From: an uncultured Lachnospiraceae bacterium
Lineage (GTDB): Bacteria > Bacillota > Clostridia > Oscillospirales > CAG-272
NCBI GenBank assembly: GCA_964568425.1
Contig: CAZMPO010000004.1
Coordinates: forward strand, 29,426-93,425
DNA: 64,000 bases
Reading direction: 5' to 3'
Numbering within the stretch: the stretch's first letter is position 1; each line of letters starts with the position of its first letter. The notes under the pieces are model-generated. The model was not told the DNA's origin. It made no database searches and worked only from the letters and a program-made list of their open reading frames with translations. A program made the position numbers and the translations under genes. Of the stretch, positions 40,342-50,203 are shown in pieces.

Positions 40342-40902
40342 ATGCGTATTATAACCGGAAGCAGGAAGGGTATGAAGCTTAAAACACTCGGCGGCGAGGA
40401 TGTTACTCGTCCGACAGCCGAAAGGGTAAAAGAGGCTCTTTTTTCAATGATCAACTTCGATCTCGAGGGTGCTCGCGTGCTCGATCTGTTCGGCGGCAGC
40501 GGACAACTCGCTCTCGAGGCTCTCTCCAGGGGTGCATCTTATGCACTTATCGCCGACGCGGATAAAGATGCGATCGGCGTCATCAGAGAGAATGTCGCAA
40601 AAACCAGATTTGAGGATCGGACAAAGGTCGTCTCGTCCGATTATAAACGGCTTATCGATACCATGCGCACGGGAGAGGGCGGCAGATTTGATATAGTTTT
40701 TCTCGATCCGCCTTATGCGTCCGGCTTTATCCCCGATGCTCTGCGTCGCCTCGTTGCGGCAGATCTGCTCTCGGATAGGGCACTCATCATCTGCGAGACC
40801 GACTCGGACAAGCCGGTCGGTTATGACGGGTTTGCTCAAAAGCGATTTGCAAGATACGGCAGGGTGTATATCACGCTTCTCGAAAAGGAGGCATCTCTAT
40901 GA
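40342..40902 (+). CDS. rsmD: 16S rRNA m2G966 methyltransferase
   Basis: MRIITG..KG, TRPT, LDLFGGSG, EALSRGA and DPPY. Confidence 0.95.
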   Translation: MRIITGSRKGMKLKTLGGEDVTRPTAERVKEALFSMINFDLEGARVLDLFGGSGQLALEALSRGASYALIADADKDAIGVIRENVAKTRFEDRTKVVSSDYKRLIDTMRTGEGGRFDIVFLDPPYASGFIPDALRRLVAADLLSDRALIICETDSDKPVGYDGFAQKRFARYGRVYITLLEKEASL

Positions 40903-41354
40903 GAGTCATGATAACAGGAAGCTTCGACCCTCCCACACTCGGACATCTCGACATAATAAAACGCTCCGCCGCACTCTTTGATGAGGTTGTAGTGGCGATC
41001 GCCGAAAACAGCGAAAAAAAGTACGCATATCCTCTTGAAACAAGGCTTAAAATGCTCAATGCCTGTACAAATGATCTCCCGAACGTCTCGGTCGATGTCT
41101 GTCGGGGACTTGTCGCCGAGTACGCGACGGCAAACGGTATTGATGCGATCGTTAAAGGGGTGCGCTCGCCGCTCGATCTTGATTACGAGTGCGTGCTCGA
41201 TCGAGTGAATAAGACCATTTCGCCGATCGAGACCATCTTCCTCGCCGCCTCTCCCGAGTATTCGTTCGTTTCATCAACCGTCGCAAGGGAAATGATCAAG
41301 TATCATCAAGATCTCGAAAAATATCTGCCTCCCGAGGTGGCAAAGCTTATATAA
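40899..41354 (+). CDS. coaD: Pantetheine-phosphate adenylyltransferase
   Basis: GSFDPPTLGHLDII and VSSTVARE. Confidence 0.95.
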   Translation: MRVMITGSFDPPTLGHLDIIKRSAALFDEVVVAIAENSEKKYAYPLETRLKMLNACTNDLPNVSVDVCRGLVAEYATANGIDAIVKGVRSPLDLDYECVLDRVNKTISPIETIFLAASPEYSFVSSTVAREMIKYHQDLEKYLPPEVAKLI

Positions 41355-41369
41355 AATCGCACGATCATC

Positions 41370-41423
41370 AGTCTGCATGCGTCGCTCTTTCTTCGATCAG
41401 AGCAACGCACGCAGACTCTTTTT
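41370..41423 (+). terminator. Terminator after coaD
   Basis: Long imperfect stem AGTCTGC-ATGCGT-CGCTCT...AGAGCA-ACGCAC-GCAGACT followed by CTTTTT. Confidence 0.75.
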
Positions 41424-41434
41424 CGTCCGCAAAA

Positions 41435-41448
41435 AGAACATTTGTTCC
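41435..41448. promoter_or_regulatory. Putative LexA box upstream of the mraZ/dcw promoter
   Basis: AGAACATTTGTTCC; its 12-bp core is identical to the box at 4357-4370. Confidence 0.5.
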
Positions 41449-41529
41449 AAGCAAAACAGTCAAAAAGCAAATATCTGTTTCGCACCGCAAAAAAAAGAAA
41501 AAAATGAACCGAAATTTCAAAAAAAACTA

Positions 41530-41558
41530 TTGCATTCACGGGGCGAATATATTATAAT
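41530..41558 (+). promoter_or_regulatory. Sigma-A promoter of the dcw operon
   Basis: TTGCAT-17-TATAAT. Confidence 0.75.
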
Positions 41559-41637
41559 GAGACCGTGCCGTGGAGCGAAATTCAACAAATGAACGCCAAA
41601 AGAACGGATAAAAAACATGAAAGTGGGGGATAGAGCA

Positions 41638-42075
41638 GTGGCAGAGTGGCTTATAGGCAAACAGCGTCATACCATCGATGATAAAAACCGTGTCTTTATT
41701 CCTTCCAAGTTCTTGAAAAAACTCGGAAACAGAATTTTCGTGACCAAATCGCTTACGGGAAACTGCATAAGGATCTACAGTCTTGAAGGCTTTGACAGCT
41801 ATGTTGCGGATACACTGAGCAGACTCCCCAAGGTCAAGGCGGGCGAGATGCTCTCATGGCTTGGCTCGAACTCGGAAGAGCTTCAAGCCGACTCGCAGGG
41901 AAGGATCGCCCTTCCTACCGAATACAGAGATTTTGCGGGACTTGAGAAAAATGTCGTCAGCTCGGGCGCGTTCGATCATGTTGAGCTTTGGGATGAGGCG
42001 ACCTTTGACAAGCAGGACGTCGGCATGGATGTCGGTGGCATCCGCGCACTTCTCGAAAGCAGGGAAGATACATGA
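41638..42075 (+). CDS. mraZ: Transcriptional regulator MraZ
   Basis: HTIDDKNRVFIPSKF, DSQGRIALP and HVELWD; upstream of rsmH. Start is GTG 41638 or ATG 41617. Confidence 0.92.
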   Translation: MAEWLIGKQRHTIDDKNRVFIPSKFLKKLGNRIFVTKSLTGNCIRIYSLEGFDSYVADTLSRLPKVKAGEMLSWLGSNSEELQADSQGRIALPTEYRDFAGLEKNVVSSGAFDHVELWDEATFDKQDVGMDVGGIRALLESREDT

Positions 42076-43007
42076 GCGGCTTTTCGCACTACTCTGTAAT
42101 GCTTCATGAGGCGGTCGACGGACTTGCCGTATCGGACGGCGTTTATGTCGATTGTACGGCAGGCGGCGGCGGACACAGCCTTGAGATAGTAAAGCGTATT
42201 GGCAACGGTCGACTTGTAGCGGTCGATCAGGATATGACCGCGATATCGGCGGCACGCGAGAGACTTTGCGACTATCTCGATAAAACGACATTTGTTAATG
42301 AAAACTTTGAAAATATCGCATCGGCACTGGAAAGGCTGTCGATAGACAAGATATCGGGTGCGCTGATCGATCTCGGTGTTTCGTCATATCAGCTTGACAC
42401 GCCCGAGCGCGGATTTTCGTATAAATATGATGCGCCGCTCGATATGAGAATGGACGAGAGCGCGACCCTTACGGCGTACGATGTCGTAAACGGATATGAT
42501 GAGAGCGAGCTGAAAAGAATATTGTACGCATACGGTGAGGAGCAGTACGCACCGTCTATCGCGGCAGCGATAGTCAGACACCGCGAGAGCTCCCCGATAA
42601 AGAGCACGCTCGAGCTTGTCGATATCATTCGCTCCGCCATGCCCCCGAAGGCACTCGTCGGCGGTCACCATCCGGCAAAAAAGAGCTTTCAGGCTATAAG
42701 GATCGAGGTCAACCGCGAGCTTTCGGTGATCGAGCCGGCGATACGCGCGCTTGTCGATAGGCTCTCGCCCGGCGGCAGGATAGCGGTCATTACATTCCAT
42801 TCACTTGAAGATCGAATAGTAAAACAGACGTTCGCGTCTCTCGCACAGGGATGTACCTGTCCGAGATCATTCCCGATATGCGTCTGCGGAAATAAACCCA
42901 AAATAAAGCTTGTAAACAAAAAACCGATACTTCCTTCAGAGGAAGAACTCGAGGTCAATCCAAGATCGAGAAGTGCAAAACTGAGGATAGCAGAAAAAAT
43001 ACAGTAA
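42072..43007 (+). CDS. rsmH: 16S rRNA m4C1402 methyltransferase
   Basis: DCTAGGGGHS, DLGVSSYQLD..ERGFSY, FHSLEDRIVK and NPRSRSAKLR. Confidence 0.98.
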   Translation: MSGFSHYSVMLHEAVDGLAVSDGVYVDCTAGGGGHSLEIVKRIGNGRLVAVDQDMTAISAARERLCDYLDKTTFVNENFENIASALERLSIDKISGALIDLGVSSYQLDTPERGFSYKYDAPLDMRMDESATLTAYDVVNGYDESELKRILYAYGEEQYAPSIAAAIVRHRESSPIKSTLELVDIIRSAMPPKALVGGHHPAKKSFQAIRIEVNRELSVIEPAIRALVDRLSPGGRIAVITFHSLEDRIVKQTFASLAQGCTCPRSFPICVCGNKPKIKLVNKKPILPSEEELEVNPRSRSAKLRIAEKIQ

Positions 43008-43019
43008 GGAGCATATGCG

Positions 43020-43634
43020 ATGGCGAGATCAAAGAAGAATCTTGATGTCGATCTTGACTATTCAAAGGTCAGATACGACGATACCGAAAGCAGCGGACGG
43101 GTCGATCCCGTTGACATAGATGGCAGTAAAAGCCAAGGAACATCAAACGCCGTCGTAATTACCGACACGACGGCACCCAAAAAAGCTCCCGCTCGAAGCA
43201 CCCCAAAAAAAGGGCGTGAGGTCGTCGGAAAGTCAAAGGTCAGAAAGCAGTCGATACTCGGCACGATAATAATAGCATCTCTCCTTGCGGTAATGCTTGT
43301 TATGATGGTGCAGGGAAGAGTCGAGATAAGCGAAACTTCCGTGAAAATATCCGAACTGAAAAGCAAGCTTAACTCGCTTGAAAAAGAGAAAAACGAGCTC
43401 AACTCCAAGATCGAGGCAACGGTCGATATGATCGCCGTCGAGGATTACATAAACAGTTCGGGTATGGTCAAGGATTCGGATGCAAATCAGGTACATGTAA
43501 GCTCGGTAGGCGATGAGGGCGTTACGGTCTACGAGACAGAGGACGAGCTGATGGACGGCGTTTTCGGAACCATACTTTCGGCAATATCCGAATCGTTCGT
43601 TCGCACATGGAATACAATAAGCAAAGGCGAATAA
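43020..43634 (+). CDS. FtsL-like cell division protein
   Basis: Single TM helix plus coiled coil, between rsmH and the PBP gene. Confidence 0.7.
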   Translation: MARSKKNLDVDLDYSKVRYDDTESSGRVDPVDIDGSKSQGTSNAVVITDTTAPKKAPARSTPKKGREVVGKSKVRKQSILGTIIIASLLAVMLVMMVQGRVEISETSVKISELKSKLNSLEKEKNELNSKIEATVDMIAVEDYINSSGMVKDSDANQVHVSSVGDEGVTVYETEDELMDGVFGTILSAISESFVRTWNTISKGE

Positions 43635-43735
43635 ACTTGTTATGGCAGAGTTTGAGAGTAAGGGCAGTGGTCTGCCGTACTCTCAATTTTGCGTTATGAA
43701 AAAGCCCTGAAATTTCGAAAAGGAGAGCGTGTCTG

Positions 43736-46081
43736 ATGGAAAAAAGAAGATTTCGCGAGATAGATCGCCGCTGTATGTGGCTCATGGCGTTTATGCTCGT
43801 GCTTTGCGCAATACTTGTTTATAAGCTCTTTGATCTTCAGATCAAACGCTATGACGAATACAGGGGCAAGGTAATTGACAATATTCAGCAGGAGACGGTC
43901 GTCCCTGCCGATCGCGGACTCATATATGACCGAAACATGGTGGCACTGGCAACCAATGTCACCACCTACAGATTTTTTGTCTCCCCCTCCGATATCATCA
44001 AGGCGGGTCAAGCAAAATTTGAAGAAAAATCGGGAATGAGTGCCGATGAGATAGAGAAGGGCAAGAAAAAGTGCGCCGATGAACAGATAGCACTCGTTGC
44101 GGAAAAGCTCTCCGAGGTAAGTGAGCTTACAAAAGACGAGATCGTCGCTCAGATCAATAAATACAGCACCAAGAAAGATACCACGCTTGAGAAAAATGTT
44201 GACGCAAACAGAGCCGAAGAAATTCGCAAGGTGATCGCCGATAACGAATTTTCGCTCCAGGTCTATCTTGAGGCATCCTCCAAGCGTTATTATCGTTACG
44301 GATCGCTCGCATCGTCTGTCATCGGACTCAACGGAACCGACGGCGGACTTATCGGAATCGAGCTGAAATATAACAGCTATCTCACCGGAACTCCGGGTCG
44401 CTATATCGCAAATAAGGACGCACAAAGTCAAAACATGCCGTCTCAGTATAATATGTATATCGAACCCGAGGACGGACTTAATGTCGTCTCGACCATTGAT
44501 GTGACCATACAGAGCATCCTCGAAAAACAGCTGAAGCAGACCTACACCGACTCACAAGCGGCCCAGAGAGTGACAGGCATCGTCATGAACCCGAACAATG
44601 GCGAAATATACGGTATGGGTACATACCCGAATTTTGACCTCAACGATCCTTATACGCTGACAGAGGAATTTGCCGATCTTTACGAGAGCTGGACCTATGA
44701 TCCCGACAGTGCCGACGGCAAGACCGAAGATGAGGCAAAAAACGAATATTTTTGGACGCTTGTCTATAAAATGTGGAATAATAAGGCTGTAAACGATCTT
44801 TATGAGCCAGGTTCTACATTCAAGATGATAACGACCGCCATGGCACTTGAGGAACATGCTGTCAGTTTTTCGGACAGCTTTACCTGCAGCGGAAGCATGA
44901 AGGTTGCGGAAAGTACCATCAGATGCCATAAGGCGAGCGGTCACGGAACAAACACATTTAATAAACTGCTCCAACTCTCTTGTAACCCGACGATCATGCA
45001 GGTCGCCGCAAGAGTGGGATCTAAGAACTTCTATAAATATTTCGAGGCGTTCGGATATACATCGAAAACAGGTATCGATCTGCCGGGCGAGTCGAGCGGA
45101 CTTTTTGTCAAGCAGTCGGGACTCAATGCGGTCGAGCTTGCCTGCTACAGCTTCGGTCAGACCTTCAAGACCACCCCGATACAGCAGATCACGGCAATAA
45201 GCGCGGTCGCCAACGGCGGATATCTCGTGACACCCCATGTGGTCAGCGCGATCACCGATAAAAACGGAAATGAAGTAGTTTCGTTTGACTCGGGAACAAA
45301 ACGGCAGGTAATAAGCAAGGCAGTCAGCAGCTCGATCATGGATGTCCTCAGAGACGGCGTCTCCACCGGAAACGGCGTTGCCAATGCGTATGTCGCAGGC
45401 TATCGTGTTGCCGCTAAGACGGGTACATCGCAAAAGAGAGACAACCCGGACGAGACCGCGAGAGTCGGCTCGTGCGTGGCGATCGCGCCCGCCGACGATC
45501 CGCAGATATGCGTTATCATCATTGTCGATGAACCGCAGATCAATAACAAATACGGTTCGAATGTCGCTGCCCCCTATGTCGCGGCGGTTTTGGAGCAGGT
45601 TTTGCCCTATCTCGGCGTTGAGCGAGTGTATTCCGAGGATGAAATGTCCCGAATCGCCGTCAAAGTGAAAAAATACAGCGGACTCAGTGTAGAAAACGCG
45701 ATCGAACAGGCAAATAAGCAAAAGATCGATTACGAGATAGTCGGGGACGGCAAGACCGTAACCGCCCAGATACCCGAATCGGGCGAATATGTCACCAATA
45801 TAAACGGTAAGGTCATCCTGTATACAGGCGGTGAGACCGAACCTTCGCCGATCACCGTGCCGAACATAACCGGTCAAAGCGCGGCGGTTGCCATAAAACA
45901 GCTTTATGCGCTCGGATTCAATATCTATATTGAAGGCACATCAAATTACGCTCTCGGAAGCGGCGCTACCGTTATCGCACAAAGCGTAAAGGCAGGCGAG
46001 AGCGCAAAATACGGAAGTGTAATCAAGATCACATGCAGATATCTCGATTCGGCTGACGGTGACGCAGGCGGTATTGATTGA
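43736..46081 (+). CDS. Class B penicillin-binding protein (FtsI/SpoVD-like) with two PASTA domains
   Basis: RGLIYDRN, EPGSTFK (SxxK), SCN and KTGT; C-terminal PASTA repeats. Confidence 0.95.
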   Translation: MEKRRFREIDRRCMWLMAFMLVLCAILVYKLFDLQIKRYDEYRGKVIDNIQQETVVPADRGLIYDRNMVALATNVTTYRFFVSPSDIIKAGQAKFEEKSGMSADEIEKGKKKCADEQIALVAEKLSEVSELTKDEIVAQINKYSTKKDTTLEKNVDANRAEEIRKVIADNEFSLQVYLEASSKRYYRYGSLASSVIGLNGTDGGLIGIELKYNSYLTGTPGRYIANKDAQSQNMPSQYNMYIEPEDGLNVVSTIDVTIQSILEKQLKQTYTDSQAAQRVTGIVMNPNNGEIYGMGTYPNFDLNDPYTLTEEFADLYESWTYDPDSADGKTEDEAKNEYFWTLVYKMWNNKAVNDLYEPGSTFKMITTAMALEEHAVSFSDSFTCSGSMKVAESTIRCHKASGHGTNTFNKLLQLSCNPTIMQVAARVGSKNFYKYFEAFGYTSKTGIDLPGESSGLFVKQSGLNAVELACYSFGQTFKTTPIQQITAISAVANGGYLVTPHVVSAITDKNGNEVVSFDSGTKRQVISKAVSSSIMDVLRDGVSTGNGVANAYVAGYRVAAKTGTSQKRDNPDETARVGSCVAIAPADDPQICVIIIVDEPQINNKYGSNVAAPYVAAVLEQVLPYLGVERVYSEDEMSRIAVKVKKYSGLSVENAIEQANKQKIDYEIVGDGKTVTAQIPESGEYVTNINGKVILYTGGETEPSPITVPNITGQSAAVAIKQLYALGFNIYIEGTSNYALGSGATVIAQSVKAGESAKYGSVIKITCRYLDSADGDAGGID

Positions 46082-46128
46082 CGGTCGACCGTTTACAGCC
46101 TACAGAAAGGAAAAAGCAGGAATTTAAT

Positions 46129-47598
46129 ATGAAACTTAAAGATCTCTTTGTCGGAACAGACGTTGCGGCGTTCAACGGCTGTGAAAATATGAATATACTC
46201 GGCGTGACCGGAAACAGTAAGAATGTTAAAGAAGGATATGCCTTTCTCTGCATTGCGGGAACAAATTTTGACGGTCACGAGTTTATAGGCGAGGCAGCAA
46301 AAATGGGTGCCGTCGTTGCAATTGTTGAGCATTCCGTCCCGAACTCTCCGATCCCGTGCGTGGTCGTTGATGATGCAAGACTTGCGGCATCATATATTTT
46401 CTCAAATTACCATAAAAATCCGTCGTCGAGCATGCGCATGATCGGCGTCACGGGTACAAACGGCAAAACGAGTACCACATATATGCTGTCGAGAATTTTC
46501 GAGGACGCCGGCTATTCGACAGGCATTATCGGAACGATAAAAAATACATACATGGGACACGATGTTGATGTCGGAATGACGACACCCGACCCCGAGAGAC
46601 TTTACGCACTGCTTGCCGATATGCGAGACAGCGGCGTTGAGGTCGTGCTGATGGAGGTGTCCTCTCATTCGCTCGCACTCGGCAGAGTCGCGCCCATCTG
46701 CTTTGACGGTGCGATCTATACAAACCTCACTCGCGATCATCTTGATTTCCATAAGACGATGGAAAATTATGCTCTCGCAAAGGAAATACTTTTTGAACAG
46801 AGCAGACTCGCCGTCTTTAATATCGATGACGGCTATGTCAGAGCGGCGTATAACAAGAGAATATGTGACAGCTACTCTGCCTCGGCAGAGGATGAGGTCG
46901 ATGCCGATTTTAAGGCATCGGATATCAAGTATGACTCCATGCGCGGAATAAGCTATACGCTGAGAAGAAAAGGCGGAGACGATCTTTTGATCAAATGCAA
47001 GATACCCGGTCAGTTTTCTGTCTATAATACAATGTGCGCTGCCGCACTCGCACTCGAGCTCGGCATCGATGTTGAGACCGTAACTCGTGCGATAAGCGAA
47101 ATAGACGGCGTTCCCGGTCGTGTCGAGCGTATCACTCCCGCAGATTTCCCATTCACCGTGATAATCGACTATGCGCACACACCCGACGCACTCGAAAAAC
47201 TGCTCACATCGACCATAAAAACAAAAGATCCCGACGCAAAGCTTACCGTTATATTCGGTTGCGGCGGCGATCGAGATAAGACAAAACGTCCTATAATGGG
47301 CAAGATCGCGACAAATTATGCCGATCTTTCGATCATAACGAGCGATAATTCGCGAACCGAAGATCCGACAGCCATAATAGAGGATATTTTAGTCGGTGTC
47401 GATACATCGAAGCCTTATATAGTGATCCCCGACAGACGCGAGGCTATCGCTTACGCAGTCGAGAACGCCGAGGAACACGAGATAATTCTGATCGCGGGTA
47501 AGGGTCATGAAAATTATGAGATAAAGAAGGACGGTAAACACCCGTTCTCCGAAAAAGAAGAGGTTGAAAAGGCGATCGCACATCGCTTTGGAAATTAA
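46129..47598 (+). CDS. murE: UDP-MurNAc-Ala-Glu:meso-DAP ligase
   Basis: GVTGTNGKT, MEVSSH, DYAHTPD, GCGGDRD, SDNSR (DAP-type motif) and AGKGHE. Confidence 0.96.
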   Translation: MKLKDLFVGTDVAAFNGCENMNILGVTGNSKNVKEGYAFLCIAGTNFDGHEFIGEAAKMGAVVAIVEHSVPNSPIPCVVVDDARLAASYIFSNYHKNPSSSMRMIGVTGTNGKTSTTYMLSRIFEDAGYSTGIIGTIKNTYMGHDVDVGMTTPDPERLYALLADMRDSGVEVVLMEVSSHSLALGRVAPICFDGAIYTNLTRDHLDFHKTMENYALAKEILFEQSRLAVFNIDDGYVRAAYNKRICDSYSASAEDEVDADFKASDIKYDSMRGISYTLRRKGGDDLLIKCKIPGQFSVYNTMCAAALALELGIDVETVTRAISEIDGVPGRVERITPADFPFTVIIDYAHTPDALEKLLTSTIKTKDPDAKLTVIFGCGGDRDKTKRPIMGKIATNYADLSIITSDNSRTEDPTAIIEDILVGVDTSKPYIVIPDRREAIAYAVENAEEHEIILIAGKGHENYEIKKDGKHPFSEKEEVEKAIAHRFGN

Positions 47599-47698
47599 AT
47601 GAATCGACCCTCTGTCTCTTTGAGATAGGTGCGATATCGGCAGATCTTTGCGCGGATCGGACATCCGCGCTGCCGCCATAGAAAGGTACGGTTTGAAT

Positions 47699-49084
47699 AT
47701 GACGGTTGAATTACTTGAAAAACTCAGCGTCAGAGACATTGCGAACACACTCGGATGTTCGGCAGAGCCTCTGCCCGACAAATGTATTTGTCTTGTTACC
47801 ACCGATTCACGCATGGTAAAGGACGGCGCACTATTCATTGCCATCAAGGGCGAACACTTTGACGGAAACGATTTTATTGATGCCGCAATAGATAGCGGTG
47901 CTGTCTGCGTTATCTGCGAGCGACCCTTCGAGAGCAAGGACGCTAATGTAGCGGTCTTTACCGTTGATGACAGCATAAAGGCACTCGGCAGGCTCGCGGC
48001 TGAATATAAAGCGCGACTTGAAATGCTCACTGTCGCGGTCACCGGAAGCATAGGTAAAACGACAACTAAAGAATTTATCTATTCTGTGCTTGCCGAAAAA
48101 TATGCGGCAGTTAAAACAGAAGGCAACCATAACAATAATATCGGACTTCCGATGACCCTTCTCGGCTTTTCAAATAAAAGCGATGCCGCAGTAATTGAAA
48201 TGGGCATGAGCCATAGCGGAGAGATCAGCGAGCTGTCAAGGATAGCGCGCCCCGATATTGCCGTTATTACAAATATAGGAACATCGCATATCGGTAATCT
48301 CGGCTCAAGAGAGGCAATACGCGATGCAAAGCTCGAGATACTCATGGGACTTCGTCCGGGCGGTGCGGTGATCTTAAACGGAGACGAGCCGCTCCTTTCG
48401 GGCATCGAGGGTGCATGCTATGTTTCGATGCATAACAAAGATGCCAATGTGTATGTTGACAATACCGTCCTTACCGAAAACGGATCGGCATTTGACCTGA
48501 CCATAAACGGTGAGACGATCGAGAGCGTCGTGATCCCCGCACTCGGCGAACATAATATCATGAACGCTGCCATGGCATACGCGGTCGGTCTTTACGCAGG
48601 TATGGGCGAATTTGAGATCAGACGCGGACTCAAGAATTATCATACCGTCGGCATGCGGCAAAATCTCGTTGAAAAAGATGATAGACTGATCATCGAGGAC
48701 TGCTATAACGCCTCTCCCGAATCTGTTCACGCGGCGCTCTCCGTTCTTCGCAGTCTCGCCGATGCCAAGGAAAGTCGCTCGATCGCGGTGCTCGGAGAAA
48801 TACGCGAACTTGGTGATTACTCGGAAAGCTTCCACAGATCGGTCGGCGTCGATGTCGTAAGATCGAATGCCAAAATGCTCTTTACATTCGGTCATGACGC
48901 CGCCCTCATCGCAGACGAGGCGGTAAAATGCGGAATGAACGAGAGAGCGGTGTTTGTCTTTGAAGACATAGACGATCCTGCCGCTCTTGCGGACGCTCTT
49001 CGCGAAAAAACGGGTAAGGGCGATATCCTGCTCTTTAAGGCAAGCCGCGCGCTCAAACTCGAACGAGTGATCGAGCTTCTCTGA
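47699..49084 (+). CDS. murF: UDP-MurNAc-tripeptide:D-Ala-D-Ala ligase
   Basis: TGSIGKTTTKE, NNNIGLP, DCYNASPES and FKASR. Confidence 0.96.
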   Translation: MTVELLEKLSVRDIANTLGCSAEPLPDKCICLVTTDSRMVKDGALFIAIKGEHFDGNDFIDAAIDSGAVCVICERPFESKDANVAVFTVDDSIKALGRLAAEYKARLEMLTVAVTGSIGKTTTKEFIYSVLAEKYAAVKTEGNHNNNIGLPMTLLGFSNKSDAAVIEMGMSHSGEISELSRIARPDIAVITNIGTSHIGNLGSREAIRDAKLEILMGLRPGGAVILNGDEPLLSGIEGACYVSMHNKDANVYVDNTVLTENGSAFDLTINGETIESVVIPALGEHNIMNAAMAYAVGLYAGMGEFEIRRGLKNYHTVGMRQNLVEKDDRLIIEDCYNASPESVHAALSVLRSLADAKESRSIAVLGEIRELGDYSESFHRSVGVDVVRSNAKMLFTFGHDAALIADEAVKCGMNERAVFVFEDIDDPAALADALREKTGKGDILLFKASRALKLERVIELL

Positions 49085-49132
49085 TCTTCGGTAAAACAAT
49101 AAAACAAAGAACGTATCAATCTGAGGAAAGGC

Positions 49133-50146
49133 TTGGATAGGACAATGAAAAGTGAGCTTTTTTGCTATTTTATATCATGCGCAATCGGCACGTTTTTGCT
49201 GACGGCTCTTGGACTTAAAAAAGTAATACCGATCTTGAAAAGCAAAAAGATGGGGCAAAAGATCCTCGATATCGGACCGAGATGGCATAAGGGCAAGGAG
49301 GGCACTCCTACAATGGGAGGCATCGTCTTCATTGCCGCCATACTCATTGTGTTTGCTTCGGCATCTGTCGTGATAGCAGTCACCGATCCCGAAATGAGCC
49401 TCATAAAACCGATAATTTGCGTTATGTTCGCTCTGCTGAACGGACTGATCGGCATTGTCGATGATATGACTAAATTCGCAAAAGGACAAAATAAAGGTCT
49501 GTCGGCATCTCAAAAGTATCTTCTCCAGCTCGCACTCGCAGGCGTGTTCCTCTTTGTCATGACCTATGCGGGATACATATCGACAAGACTCTATATTCCG
49601 TTTTTTGACAAATATCTTGAGCTCGGTTGGTTTTACTATGTCTTTGCGCTCGTGTTGATAACAGGTATCGTAAACAGCGTTAACCTTACCGACGGCATAG
49701 ACGGACTTTGCTCGACGGTCACATTCGTTGTAGGCAGCTTCTTCGCGGTTGCGGCGTTTAGGATCGAGAGCCTTCCCGAGGTCGTGATCTCCGCCCTTGT
49801 TATCGGAGCGACGCTCGGATTTCTTGTGTATAACGCATATCCCGCCAAGGTGTTCATGGGCGATACCGGCTCACTCTTTTTGGGCGGAATGGTGGTCGCG
49901 CTTGCTTTTATGATCGACAATCCGCTGATCCTTGTTCCGACAGGTATAGTCTATGTTTGCGAGAGTCTTTCGGATATAATACAGGTCGGATATTTTAAGC
50001 TTACTCACGGAAAGCGATTTTTCAAAATGGCACCCATCCATCATCACTTTGAAAAGTGCGGATGGAGCGAAAACAAGATCGTCGGTGTCTTCTCGCTCGT
50101 GACAGCACTTTTCTGCGTCGTCGCATTTTTCGGACTCGCAAAATAA
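49133..50146 (+). CDS. mraY: Phospho-MurNAc-pentapeptide transferase
   Basis: KEGTPTMGG, NSVNLTDGIDGL, FMGDTGS and MAPIHHHFE. Confidence 0.97.
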   Translation: MDRTMKSELFCYFISCAIGTFLLTALGLKKVIPILKSKKMGQKILDIGPRWHKGKEGTPTMGGIVFIAAILIVFASASVVIAVTDPEMSLIKPIICVMFALLNGLIGIVDDMTKFAKGQNKGLSASQKYLLQLALAGVFLFVMTYAGYISTRLYIPFFDKYLELGWFYYVFALVLITGIVNSVNLTDGIDGLCSTVTFVVGSFFAVAAFRIESLPEVVISALVIGATLGFLVYNAYPAKVFMGDTGSLFLGGMVVALAFMIDNPLILVPTGIVYVCESLSDIIQVGYFKLTHGKRFFKMAPIHHHFEKCGWSENKIVGVFSLVTALFCVVAFFGLAK

Positions 50147-50203
50147 TTACGATAATTTACACACTTTAATTATTCATAAGCTTAGAAAGGAGGAATGTGA
50201 TCA

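Noticed and set aside
41570-41651. MraZ operator repeats (GTGG)
   Set aside because: GTGG words at 41570, 41623, 41638 and 41646 lack the regular ~10-bp spacing of established MraZ boxes.
46078-46128. Possible PBP-MurE fusion by readthrough or frameshift
   Set aside because: The frames differ, readthrough meets another stop, and murE has its own plausible ATG at 46129.
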